Below, in pieces: positions 18,142 through 26,967 of a DNA stretch of 64,000 nucleotides. The notes beneath the pieces were generated by a model. It worked only from the letters and a program-made list of their open reading frames with translations. It did not search any database and was not told where the DNA came from. Each line of letters starts with the position of its first letter. Position 1 is the first letter of the stretch. Source of the stretch: Chloroflexota bacterium (GTDB lineage Bacteria; Chloroflexota; Dehalococcoidia; Bin125); assembly GCA_003228175.2 (NCBI GenBank), contig QGNQ01000006.1, forward strand, positions 2,512-66,511, read 5' to 3'. The translations under genes and the position numbers were made by a program.

Positions 18142-19221
18142 ATGCAATTCGGCACGATGACCTGCGAGCGCTGCGGCGTCCCCCGGGGCGATCGCGACTT
18201 CTGCGCCAACTGCCGCGTGCTCAACGCCGAGCCCGGTCGGGGGCTCTACGCTGGCTCGGGCGCGCGACGGCTGACAGCGCGGCTGCTCGACCTCGTCCTG
18301 TTCGCGCTGACGCTTGGGCTGGGCTGGTGGATTTGGCTGGGCGTGACGTCCGGCCAGGGACAGTCACCGGCCAAGCGCCTGCTGGGGCTCCGCGTCGCGC
18401 GGGCGGACGGCTCACCCGCGAGCGCGGGCGCGGTCTGGTTCCGCGAGGGCGTGCTGGCACTGCTGCTCACGCCGCTGCTGCCGCTGAGCCTGCTGTGGGC
18501 GTTGCGTTCGTCCGGGCGTCAGTCGTTCGCGGGCCTGCTCAGCGGCAGTGTGGTGGTGAACGCCGAGTCGCGACCGGTGTCGGGCCACGAGCGCCTGCAT
18601 CGCGCCCCGACGCAGATGACGGCCCGATCGCGCCCACCCCGAAGCCGGCAACGGGACATGCCGCCGCCGGTGCGACCCGTCCCGACCTCGAAGCCAGCCT
18701 CGGAGCCGGCGCGATCGTCGAGCCCCCAGACGGCCTCGCCCGGCGCACGCACATCACGATCGAGGGGTCCGGCGCGTTCCAAGACACCGGACGCGAGCGG
18801 CTCCACGCACGCTGATCGGGCGCGCGCCGCCAAACGCCCGGCCTCGCGCGCCCCCGAGCGAGCCAGATCCGACCGCGCGCATCAGCAGCTCCCCCACGAG
18901 AAGCCCATGTGGCCCGGCGGCGTCCCGCCCTGGAAGCAGGACGAGAGCACGCACACCCCGGGCGACGCGCCACCCGCGTCCGCTGCGCAGCGGCACGCGG
19001 ATGCCCGCCCCCAGCGGGCCCCACAGTCGCAACGCCCCTCCGAGCCCATGCGCTGGCCCGACAGCGCCACGACGGGTTCGGCGGGCAACGGCATCCAGTA
19101 TTCAAGGCGCGCCCACACGACGATGGACAAGATCACGGAGCTGGAGCAGATGTTCCGCGGCGGCCAGCTGAGTCGTGCGGACTTCGAGAACGAGCGGCGG
19201 CGGCTAATCGCGCAGTCGTGA
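18142..19221 (+). CDS. zinc-ribbon / RDD-family membrane / SHOCT-domain protein (paralogue with long disordered linker)
   Basis: AGGAG lies 7 nt upstream of ATG 18142. CERC...CANC ribbon, RDD core (RRLTARLLDLVLF...), about 170 aa Pro/Ser/Arg/Ala-rich linker, C-terminal LEQMFRGGQLSRADFENERRRLIAQS. Confidence 0.65.
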   Translation: MQFGTMTCERCGVPRGDRDFCANCRVLNAEPGRGLYAGSGARRLTARLLDLVLFALTLGLGWWIWLGVTSGQGQSPAKRLLGLRVARADGSPASAGAVWFREGVLALLLTPLLPLSLLWALRSSGRQSFAGLLSGSVVVNAESRPVSGHERLHRAPTQMTARSRPPRSRQRDMPPPVRPVPTSKPASEPARSSSPQTASPGARTSRSRGPARSKTPDASGSTHADRARAAKRPASRAPERARSDRAHQQLPHEKPMWPGGVPPWKQDESTHTPGDAPPASAAQRHADARPQRAPQSQRPSEPMRWPDSATTGSAGNGIQYSRRAHTTMDKITELEQMFRGGQLSRADFENERRRLIAQS

Positions 19222-19255
19222 CGACAAACGATCACGACTGATCTACCCTCGCGGC

Positions 19256-19711
19256 ATGCCGGTCGCACGGATCGCTCTCCCGCTTCTCGCAGCTGCGTTG
19301 CTCCTCGCCGCCTGCAGCGCCGAGGACGGAACCGAGGCCCAGGTGCGCGATGCGATCGATGAGTACGTCGCCGCCGTCAACGCCGGCAGCCTGGGAGAAA
19401 GCGGCCTCTCCAACTGCTCAACGCCGTTCTACCAGCGAGTCGCGTTGCAGAATCCGGGGCTGCGCCCCTTCCGGGTGGAGATCGACCGCATCGAGACGGC
19501 CGTCGGACCCCACCGGGCCGCGGGAGGCAGCGTGAGCATCAATCAGGAGGTCGAGGGCAGGCGAGCGGTCGTTCGGGGGAGCGCCTACCTCAGCGATCGT
19601 CCTGTGCGGGAACTGGATCCACAGCCGCGGGGGCCGTATCCGGCGGCGGAGGGTTGGTTCTGGGACAAGAGCGACGAAGACGGTCGCTGGCGCGCGATCG
19701 AGTGCAGCTGA
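19256..19711 (+). CDS. lipoprotein, possibly NTF2/SnoaL-like fold
   Basis: MPVARIALPLLAAALLLAAC is a lipobox signal. 151 aa. The fold assignment is only a guess from size and pattern. Confidence 0.55.
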   Translation: MPVARIALPLLAAALLLAACSAEDGTEAQVRDAIDEYVAAVNAGSLGESGLSNCSTPFYQRVALQNPGLRPFRVEIDRIETAVGPHRAAGGSVSINQEVEGRRAVVRGSAYLSDRPVRELDPQPRGPYPAAEGWFWDKSDEDGRWRAIECS

Positions 19712-19951
19712 TCGTGATCGCCGCCGCGGCAGCAACCTCTCCCGAGCGATCCGATGCGTCCATCCTGAGTCTGTGGAAGGGCGACGGATAGGTCTGAGCG
19801 TGGTCGTAAGGAGCAGCCGGCCGGTCCGTTCGTCTCCCCCTCGACTGGCTCGGGACAGGCTTCGACTCGCTTGATCGGCTCGCTCAGAACGAGCGGACTC
19901 CAGGGCGGACCACATCCTGGTTATGACACGCTAGAATCCTCCGGACACGAA

Positions 19952-19978
19952 GAGGCCCGGGATACGGTCCCGGGCCTC
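19952..19978. terminator. perfect 11-bp GC hairpin in the convergent spacer
   Basis: gaggcccggga (19952-19962) / tcccgggcctc (19968-19978), with a 5-nt loop. On the minus strand it is followed by ttcgtgt. No clear U-tract on the plus strand. Confidence 0.4.
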
Positions 19979-20030
19979 GATCGCCGCAGCGTGGGAATGA
20001 GGGTCGGCGGCTCTACCCCACGCCTAATGC

Positions 20031-20067
20031 GCTGATTTAAGCGGTCCGGCGCCAGGCGCCGGGCCGC
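20031..20067 (-). terminator. probable nrdJ intrinsic terminator
   Basis: gcggtccggcgcc (20041-20053) / ggcgccgggccgc (20055-20067) form a long GC stem starting 16 nt after the nrdJ stop, followed on the minus strand by ttaaatcagc. Confidence 0.5.
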
Positions 20068-20082
20068 GGGAACACGAAACTC

Positions 20083-23067
20083 CTAGCTGCATCCCGACGT
20101 TGCACCGCAGTTGAAGCAGCGGTAGCAACTGCCGTTGCGCACCATGATGTGGCCACATTCGTGGCACAGCGGTGCATCGAGCTGGTTCTGAAAGTCCCCC
20201 ACCGCCTGCGCCCCGGCCGAATTCGACCTCGTCGCGGCGGCCATCGGAAGCGTCGTCAGGAAATCGGGCACGGCGGCCCCATCGACCGACGCTTTCGTGC
20301 CATCAACACCCGTGCCATCAATAACCGCGCCCGCCTGGAGCGGCAGCGGCGCCTGTCCGGCCGCCACGTCGGCGCGGTCGTTCTCCAGGTAGCGCATGCC
20401 CATCCAGCGGAAGACGTAGTCCAGGATGGAACTAGCGTGGCCGATCTGCGGATTGCGCGTCCAGCCGCTGGGCTCGAAGCGGGAGTGACTGAACTTGCGC
20501 ACCAGGGTTTCCAGCGGCACGCCGGACTGCAGCGCGACACTGGTCAGCGCGCCCACGGAGTCCATCAGCCCGGAGACCGTGGAGCCCTCCTTGGAGATGT
20601 GCACGAAGACCTCACCCGGCTCGCCGTTGGCGTACTCGCCGACGGTCAGGTAGCCCTCATGCTCGCCAACACTGAACTTGTGGATCACCGCGTGGCGGTC
20701 ATCGGGCAGGCGGTGGCGGCGGTAGGCGGGCGGCGTCACGGCCTCATCCACGATCGTCGGATCGTCCGCCGGAGACGACGGCGCCTCCGTCACGGCCAGC
20801 GCGCCGACTTTGGCCCCGTCGACCCGCTGGGTCGTCTCCAGGGGCTGGATGCGCTTGGAGTTGTCGCGATAGATGGCGACGGCTTTGACGCCCAGCTTCC
20901 AGGCTTCGATGTATGTCTGCATGATCTCGTCGACGCCGGCCTCTTCGGGCACGTTGACCGTCTTGGAGATGGCGCCGGAGAGGAACGGCTGCGCCGCCCC
21001 CATCATGCGCACGTGGCCCATGGGCTCGATACTGCGGCTGCCGTTGGCCGCCTTGAAGGCGCAGTCGAAGACCGTCAGGTGCGCCTCGTCCAGGTCCGGC
21101 GCGCCCTCAATCGTCCCCTGCTCGTCGATGTAGGCGACGATGCGCTCGTTCGATTCGCTGTCGTAGCCCAGCCGCGTCAGCGCCGCCGGCACCGTCTGGT
21201 TGACGATCTTCATGTAGCCGCCACCGGACAGGTTCTTGTACTTCACCAGCGCGATATCCGGCTCCACGCCGGTCGTGTCGCAGTCCATCATGAAGGCGAT
21301 AGTGCCGGTGGGCGCGAGCACGGTCGCCTGCGCGTTGCGATAGCCGTAGCGACGACCGAGCCGCAGTGCGTCGTCCCAGACCGCCTGGGCCGCGTCGGCC
21401 AGCTCGTCCGGGACGCTGTCCAGCGCCTCGATGCCCGCCACCGCATCGCGATGCTTGCCGATCACCCGCAGGAACGGGTCGCGGTTGGCGTGGTAGGCGT
21501 CAAAAGGTCCAACCCGCCGCGCGACACGCGCCGACTGCGCGTACGCCTCGCCCGTCATGACCGCAGTGATCGCGCCCGCCATCCCGCGGCCCTCGGCGGA
21601 ATCGTAGGCCAGGCCGCGCGCCATCAGCAGCGCGCCCAGATTCGTGTAGCCCAGGCCCAGCGGGCGGTACTGCTCGCTGTTCTCGCGGATCTTCGCCGAT
21701 GGGTAGGAGGCGTTGGAGACCAGGATCTCCTGCGCCGTGATCAGGATGCGGGAGGCGTGCTTGAACGCGTCGACGTCGAAGGTATGCGCCTCCAGGTCGT
21801 AGAACCGGAGCAAGTTGATCGAGGCCAGATTGCAGGCCGTGTCGTCCAGGAACATGTACTCCGAGCACGGGTTGGACGCGTGAATCCGGTCCGTCGCCGA
21901 GCAGGGGTTCCAGTCGTTGATCGTCGAGTCGAACTGCATGCCCGGGTCGCCGCACTGATGCGTCGCCTCGGCGATGCCGCGCAGCACATCCCGCGCGCGC
22001 AGCTCTTCGATCGGCTCATTGCTCGTCACGGCGCGAGTCCAGTAGCTGCTGTCGTCTTCAACCGCGCGCATGAAGTCATCACTCACGCGCACGCTGTGAT
22101 TGGCGTTCTGGAACGCGACCGAGGAGTACGCGTCGCCGTTCAGCGAACCGTCGTAGCCCGCGTCGATCAGCGACCAGGCTTTCTTCTCTTCAGAGGCCTT
22201 GCACCACACGAACTCCATCACGTCGGGGTGGTCGGCGTTGAGGATGATCATCTTGGCAGCGCGACGGGTTTTACCGCCGGACTTGATCACGTTGGCGAAC
22301 GCGTCGTAGCCGCGCATGAAGGAAACGGGCCCGGACGGCGTACCGCCCCCGGAAAGCCCCTCTTTGCTGGAACGAATCGTGGAGAGGTTGGTACCCGTGC
22401 CACTGCCCCACTTGAAGAGCAGCGCCTCCCGTGTCGCCAAATCCATGATCGATTCCATGGAGTCCTGCACGGAGTTGATGAAGCAGGCGGAGCACTGCGG
22501 CGTCTCTTCCACACCCACGTTGAACCAGACGGGGCTGTTGAACGCCGCGCGCTGATTGACCAGCAGGTAGCGAAGCTCATCCTCAAAGGCGTCCGACTCG
22601 GCCCCGGCGAAGTAGCCGCCCTCTCGGCCCCAGCGACCGATCGTGTCGACGACGCGATCGATCAGCTGCCGCACGGAACTCTCGCGGACGGGCGTGTTGA
22701 CGCCGCCGTAGAAATACTTGGAGGCGACGATGTTGGTCGCGTTCATGGACCAGGTGACAGGGACTTCCACGTCCGGCTGCTCGAAAATCACTTCGCCGCC
22801 GTCGGAGGTGATCGACGCCGTCCGACGTTCCCAGGCCAGGGCGTCGTAGGGGTGCTGTCCCGCCACGGTGAAGCGGCGCCGAATCAGCGTCGCGGCTTCC
22901 CCACCCGCGACTGGCGCGTCGGCGTCGCTAGAGGCTTCCGACACTTCGGCGGAGTCGGCGTCCGCGATCAGCGCGACATCCTCGCCTTGGGCCTCGTCCC
23001 CAAACATCTCGTCGCCCTGAATCTCGTCAATACCGGTGTCGTCAAAACCGGCCCCTGTGGCAGCCAT
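20083..23067 (-). CDS. nrdJ: adenosylcobalamin-dependent ribonucleoside-diphosphate/triphosphate reductase (class II)
   Basis: Track ORF 20083..23115, with an in-frame ATG at 23067. Conserved class II blocks (NSPVWFNVG, CSACFINSV, SNPCSEY, TGTIAFMMDCDTTGVEPD) and a C-terminal Cys-rich tail CHECGHIMVRNGSCYRCFNCG. About 70-aa acidic N-terminal extension. Confidence 0.92.
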   Translation of the reverse strand: MAATGAGFDDTGIDEIQGDEMFGDEAQGEDVALIADADSAEVSEASSDADAPVAGGEAATLIRRRFTVAGQHPYDALAWERRTASITSDGGEVIFEQPDVEVPVTWSMNATNIVASKYFYGGVNTPVRESSVRQLIDRVVDTIGRWGREGGYFAGAESDAFEDELRYLLVNQRAAFNSPVWFNVGVEETPQCSACFINSVQDSMESIMDLATREALLFKWGSGTGTNLSTIRSSKEGLSGGGTPSGPVSFMRGYDAFANVIKSGGKTRRAAKMIILNADHPDVMEFVWCKASEEKKAWSLIDAGYDGSLNGDAYSSVAFQNANHSVRVSDDFMRAVEDDSSYWTRAVTSNEPIEELRARDVLRGIAEATHQCGDPGMQFDSTINDWNPCSATDRIHASNPCSEYMFLDDTACNLASINLLRFYDLEAHTFDVDAFKHASRILITAQEILVSNASYPSAKIRENSEQYRPLGLGYTNLGALLMARGLAYDSAEGRGMAGAITAVMTGEAYAQSARVARRVGPFDAYHANRDPFLRVIGKHRDAVAGIEALDSVPDELADAAQAVWDDALRLGRRYGYRNAQATVLAPTGTIAFMMDCDTTGVEPDIALVKYKNLSGGGYMKIVNQTVPAALTRLGYDSESNERIVAYIDEQGTIEGAPDLDEAHLTVFDCAFKAANGSRSIEPMGHVRMMGAAQPFLSGAISKTVNVPEEAGVDEIMQTYIEAWKLGVKAVAIYRDNSKRIQPLETTQRVDGAKVGALAVTEAPSSPADDPTIVDEAVTPPAYRRHRLPDDRHAVIHKFSVGEHEGYLTVGEYANGEPGEVFVHISKEGSTVSGLMDSVGALTSVALQSGVPLETLVRKFSHSRFEPSGWTRNPQIGHASSILDYVFRWMGMRYLENDRADVAAGQAPLPLQAGAVIDGTGVDGTKASVDGAAVPDFLTTLPMAAATRSNSAGAQAVGDFQNQLDAPLCHECGHIMVRNGSCYRCFNCGATSGCS

Positions 23068-23189
23068 CGCAAAGTCTCCCCGAGGATCGAACGCCCCTGT
23101 TCGCCGTCCGACCACACCCGCCGATTAGTCTTTATGTTCTATCGGAAGAACGACGCAAGCCGATAAGCAGTTCTCGGCTTTGGAAGGGA

Positions 23190-23217
23190 ACGATAGCACA
23201 CGTGATTGGGGTGTCAA
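23190..23217 (-). promoter_or_regulatory. candidate sigma-70-type promoter for nrdJ
   Basis: Minus strand reads TTGACA (23217-23212), a 16-nt spacer, then TATCGT (23195-23190), about 120 nt upstream of the nrdJ ATG. Confidence 0.35.
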
Positions 23218-23226
23218 CAGTCTCAA

Positions 23227-23242
23227 GCCCAACATATTGTAC
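23227..23242 (-). promoter_or_regulatory. NrdR-box-like sequence upstream of the nrdJ promoter
   Basis: Minus strand GTACAATATGTTGGGC. The core CAATATGTTG matches 9/10 of the remembered NrdR core CwAtATaTwG, but the flanks match poorly. A second palindromic-ended element, ACACCCCAATCACGTGT (23214-23198), overlaps the promoter spacer. Confidence 0.25.
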
Positions 23243-23508
23243 ATGGCCATAACGCCAAGCCGATCAACCATCCCTCCACGCTATCCACAGGCGGGGCCCG
23301 GTTTTCCTTAGCTTGTCGACAGCGTATCCACCGCCGTCCACCGATCAGGCCCCTTGGACCCCTCCCTCGGCCGATCCGATCGACGCGCCGCACGAGGCCC
23401 GGGATCGCGTAGGCCCTGCCCCCAAGATGGAGCCCATCGGCCCCCGTCCGCATAGAATCCGCAGGTCCGTTCTGACAAGCACGACGGTTCCCCTGAGCAA
23501 TCCCTCCA

Positions 23509-24576
23509 ATGAGCATCCGCCGACCATCGATCCACATCCCACTCTTCCCCTGCGGCGTCGGTTCCCTCCCCCAGACCGACCCGGACGCGGCCGTGGCCTC
23601 CGTCCTGCAGACCTACTGGCGCATGCCGTTCTGGCCCCAGCTGCCGAATCGGGACCCGGCCGAGCAGATGATCCCGCAGGCCGGTCTCGATCTGCCGGGC
23701 GCGAGCTGGGACGGGCAACTCCTGCACTGGTCCGGCACGCCCTCTGACGCCGCCTTGGCCGACGTCGGGCTGCCGCCACCCGAGCGCGCCGCCGGCCTGC
23801 ACGCGTTCATCGCGGCCCTGGAGGCGATGCCCGCCGATCAGCGGCCCACGGTGATCAAGGGACAGATCGTCGGACCGCTCACCCTATCGATGCTGACGCG
23901 CGACGCGAACGGCGCCGCCCCGCACGACGATCCGCAGACGCTGCTCTGGCTGGCCCGGCTCATCGGTCGCGCCGGCGCGGCGCAGGTACAGCGCTTGCAG
24001 GAACTCGTGCCACACGTCGTGCTGGTCTTCGACGAGCCGGCGCTGGCCTCCGTTGAGGAGCCGCTGCTGCCGCTGACCTGGCGCGCGACGGTGGAGGTAC
24101 TGCGCGAGACGCTGGCGCCCGTGCAGGCGCTGGGCGCGATCGCCGGACTGCACTCCTGCGCCCCGCCGGACTGGACGCGGGTCCTCAAGGCACGACCCAA
24201 TCTGATCCACTTCGACGGGCGGGAGGGGCGGCTGGATGACCTGGTCGAGCACAAGAGTGCGCTGCGCGAGCACGTCGCCCGCGGCGGCTACTTGGGCTGG
24301 GGCCTCTGGCCCACCGACTTCCCCAAGCAGCCGTTCGATCCCAAAGCAATGCAGTACTACCTGGCCAAAGCCGCCCGCGAGATCGCCTTCGTCGATGCCA
24401 GCATGGGCGCGATTTTCAAGCGTTCGTTCCTCAGCGGGGTCTGCGGCGGGGCGGGCTTGACGACAGATCAGGCCTCGCGGATGGGGGCGGAGCTGGAAGA
24501 GATGTCCATGGGCATCCGCAAGCGCTACTGGATCGCCGCCACCACGGACGTCGATCCGGACGACCCGCTCAGCTGA
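23509..24576 (+). CDS. MetE-like (cobalamin-independent methionine synthase / URO-D-like TIM barrel) family protein
   Basis: 355 aa. N-terminal GVGSLPQTDP and candidate zinc-ligand contexts GLHSCAP and SGVCGGAG resemble the MetE C-terminal-domain family. No clear SD before ATG 23509. Confidence 0.55.
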   Translation: MSIRRPSIHIPLFPCGVGSLPQTDPDAAVASVLQTYWRMPFWPQLPNRDPAEQMIPQAGLDLPGASWDGQLLHWSGTPSDAALADVGLPPPERAAGLHAFIAALEAMPADQRPTVIKGQIVGPLTLSMLTRDANGAAPHDDPQTLLWLARLIGRAGAAQVQRLQELVPHVVLVFDEPALASVEEPLLPLTWRATVEVLRETLAPVQALGAIAGLHSCAPPDWTRVLKARPNLIHFDGREGRLDDLVEHKSALREHVARGGYLGWGLWPTDFPKQPFDPKAMQYYLAKAAREIAFVDASMGAIFKRSFLSGVCGGAGLTTDQASRMGAELEEMSMGIRKRYWIAATTDVDPDDPLS

Positions 24577-24591
24577 GCGCAGCGGAACGGC

Positions 24592-25851
24592 TCAGGAGTT
24601 GAGCCAGACCAGCGGATTCACGAACGTGCCGCCCATGATGATCTCGAAGTGGAGGTGGGCGCCGAACGACAGCCCGGTGTTGCCCACGAACCCCACCAGA
24701 TCCCCCGCCTCCAGGGACTCGCCCAGAAACGCGTCGATGTGGTCCAGGTGCGCGTAGCGGGTCACGACGCCGCCGCCGTGATCAATCGTCACGATGTTGC
24801 CGAACGACCCGTCCCAGCCGGCCTGCACCACGATCCCCGGGGCCGCGGCCCCAACGAAGGTACCAGTCGGCGCGGAGATATCGATGCCGGTGTGGAAGCC
24901 CAGCATGTTGTTCCGCCCCGCGCCGAAAAAGTCACTCAGCACACCCCCCAACGGCCACTGGAAATCCGGGATCGCGAAGACCGGCCCGCTCGCGATCCCG
25001 GCGATCCCGCCCGCCGCCGCCGAGGCCGAGCCGCCGATCAACAGGATCGTGGAGCCCTCGATCAGCTGGCTGGCGCTGGCCAAGTTGTTGCCCGCGAAAT
25101 CCAGCGTGGCGTCCAAGTCAGCCGCGAAGTTCTCGATGATCGCGAAGAGCGTGTCGTTCAAGCGCACGTTGTAAACGACGCCGTCGCGGGTCGGGATCGT
25201 CAGCGAGCCGCCCGGGGTCAAAAGCGCCCCATCGCCAATCTCGAAGTTGTTGAAGATGATCGACTCGGGCTCGATGCCGAACCGGCGGGCGATCTTGTCC
25301 AGGGTGTCGCCGCGCACAATCTCGTAGCTGAAGAAGGGCGGCAGCGCTTCGTCAACACCAAGCCCCAGACGGGCGGCCAGGGCGGACTCCGACAGGATGT
25401 CGTCGCTGCCGTCGGCGCGGAAGAGGATCTGGGGCGCGGCGGCAATGGCGACGGCTACCTGGATATCGTCGGCCGTGTCGGGCGCGATCACGGAGACCCC
25501 AACGGAGAGAGCGAGGTCCGCGGCCAGGTGGCGTGCGTAGCGAGAGGCAGCCAGCGCCACGCGCGAGTCGCCGCCCACTTGGCCTGCGACCAAGTCTGAC
25601 GCCTGCTGGCTCGCACCAAGCGACGCGACGCTGCCCGGCGCGCCCGCGCCCACCCCTGGCAGCGCAACCTGCACCCGAAGCCCTGTGGGCACCGCCTCGC
25701 CGCCCGGCAGGGTGGTAAAGGCGGCGCGTTCCGGCGCCGGCGCGTCGTCGCCCCCCAGGAACACGGCCAGCGTCGCGATCAAGGCGGCCACCACGATCGC
25801 CGTGATCGAGATCTGCTGAAGCCGGGACGGATCAAGCCCAGCGTCGATCAT
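24592..25851 (-). CDS. LysM-domain M23 family metallopeptidase
   Basis: Track ORF 24592..26004. ATG 25851 gives a membrane anchor (ITAIVVAALIATLAVFLGG). LysM (YEIVRGDTLDKIARRFG...) and a C-terminal M23 signature HTGIDISAP...GNIVTIDHGGGVVTRYAHL...GNTGLSFGAHLHFE. The start is uncertain and could be 26004. Confidence 0.85.
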   Translation of the reverse strand: MIDAGLDPSRLQQISITAIVVAALIATLAVFLGGDDAPAPERAAFTTLPGGEAVPTGLRVQVALPGVGAGAPGSVASLGASQQASDLVAGQVGGDSRVALAASRYARHLAADLALSVGVSVIAPDTADDIQVAVAIAAAPQILFRADGSDDILSESALAARLGLGVDEALPPFFSYEIVRGDTLDKIARRFGIEPESIIFNNFEIGDGALLTPGGSLTIPTRDGVVYNVRLNDTLFAIIENFAADLDATLDFAGNNLASASQLIEGSTILLIGGSASAAAGGIAGIASGPVFAIPDFQWPLGGVLSDFFGAGRNNMLGFHTGIDISAPTGTFVGAAAPGIVVQAGWDGSFGNIVTIDHGGGVVTRYAHLDHIDAFLGESLEAGDLVGFVGNTGLSFGAHLHFEIIMGGTFVNPLVWLNS

Positions 25852-26041
25852 GCCGCGCCGTTGTGACGGCGCGCTGCCGCCCGCTTGGGGCGACGCGTGC
25901 GATGGCTGAGGCGTGGATGCGTCCCTCACCAGCGGCCCTTCGATCCCCCGTCCCCGCGCCAGTGTAGGCGACGGCGCCCGCCCGGATCGGTCTGCGCGGG
26001 CCACGGTGGTCTGGCCGCGCTCCCGCCTCTACCTTCCAGCG

Positions 26042-26857
26042 ATGGCCCCCGACCACGCCCCCACCCCCGACCTGCCGCTGACCGCCATCGATCTGGTCGA
26101 GCGTGCCGCCGATCTGCTCTTGCAGTCGCAGTACGCCATCGCGCTGACCGGCGCCGGGATCAGCGCCGAGAGCGGAATCCCCACGTTTCGCGGCAAAGAC
26201 GGCCTCTGGACGAAGCATGGCGAGCCCCCGCTCAACCAGTTCGAGCAGTTCGCCAGCGACCCCACCCAGTGGTGGCAGGATCTGCGGCGGCGGCGCGAAA
26301 ACCCGGACGAGCTCACCCGCGCCATCACCGCGGCCGCCCCCAACGACGGCCACTTCGCCGTCGCGGAGCTGGAACGCGTGGGGGTCCTCAAGCACGTGAT
26401 CACGCAGAACGTGGATGGGCTGCATCGCGCCGCGGGCACGCAGGCGATCACCGAGATCCACGGCAACCGCGGCTACCTGCGCTGCCTCGACTGCGACAGC
26501 CGCCACCCCTTCGACGAGCTACCGGAGGCGCTGCCGCCGCGCTGCGACGCCTGCGGCGGGCTGGTCAAGACCGACACGGTCATGTTCGGGGAAGCAATCC
26601 CACGCGACGCGCTGCGCGCCTGTCGTGAGGAGTCCGAGCGGGCGGACTGCATGTTGCTCGTGGGCACGACCGCCGTCGTCTCGCCCGCGGCGGACTTCGC
26701 CTGGCAGATTCGCTCACGCAGCTTCCCACTGATCGAAGTCAACCTCGATCCGACCGTGATCTCGTCCCATTGCCAGGTAGCGATTCACGCCCCGGCGGGC
26801 GAGGTGATGTCGCGACTGCTCGACCGCGTCAAGCGCGGCCTGCGCACAGACGACTGA
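26042..26857 (+). CDS. cobB: NAD-dependent protein deacylase (Sir2 family)
   Basis: Track ORF 25913..26857, with an in-frame ATG at 26042. LTGAGISAESGIPTFRG, ITQNVDGLH, and Zn-ribbon CLDC...CDAC. Confidence 0.85.
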   Translation: MAPDHAPTPDLPLTAIDLVERAADLLLQSQYAIALTGAGISAESGIPTFRGKDGLWTKHGEPPLNQFEQFASDPTQWWQDLRRRRENPDELTRAITAAAPNDGHFAVAELERVGVLKHVITQNVDGLHRAAGTQAITEIHGNRGYLRCLDCDSRHPFDELPEALPPRCDACGGLVKTDTVMFGEAIPRDALRACREESERADCMLLVGTTAVVSPAADFAWQIRSRSFPLIEVNLDPTVISSHCQVAIHAPAGEVMSRLLDRVKRGLRTDD

Positions 26858-26967
26858 GCCACCTCTGCAACGACGCCGATGCATGACGCCGCTGGCGCGC
26901 GGCGTCCGGCCAGATTGCTACCCTGCGCGGGCAGCCCGCCGAAGTGCCCCGACGTCAGGAGAGCGCC

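Noticed and set aside
19800-19818. SRP (4.5S) RNA-like motif gtggtcGTAAggagcagcc, resembling GGUCC-GGAA-GGAAGCAGCC.
   Set aside because: The helix closing the tetraloop does not pair properly, the AGCA/AGG loop pattern is incomplete, and no flanking long helix could be drawn.
19871-20035. 54-codon TTG-initiated ORF in the nrdJ/lipoprotein spacer.
   Set aside because: It has no RBS, runs straight through both terminator-like hairpins, and its composition is non-descript. It is more likely non-coding.
20083-23067. Intein or insertion in the 995-aa NrdJ.
   Set aside because: The length is explained by an acidic N-terminal extension and the Cys-rich C-terminal tail common in long class II reductases. 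I saw no intein splice-junction blocks interrupting the conserved catalytic motifs.
23068-23508. Cobalamin or SAM riboswitch upstream of nrdJ or of the MetE-like gene.
   Set aside because: On either strand I could not find a B12-box-like element (…AGYCMGG.GACC.GCC…), the GCCACTG core or SAM-I/IV core motifs. Only a covariance-model scan could settle it.
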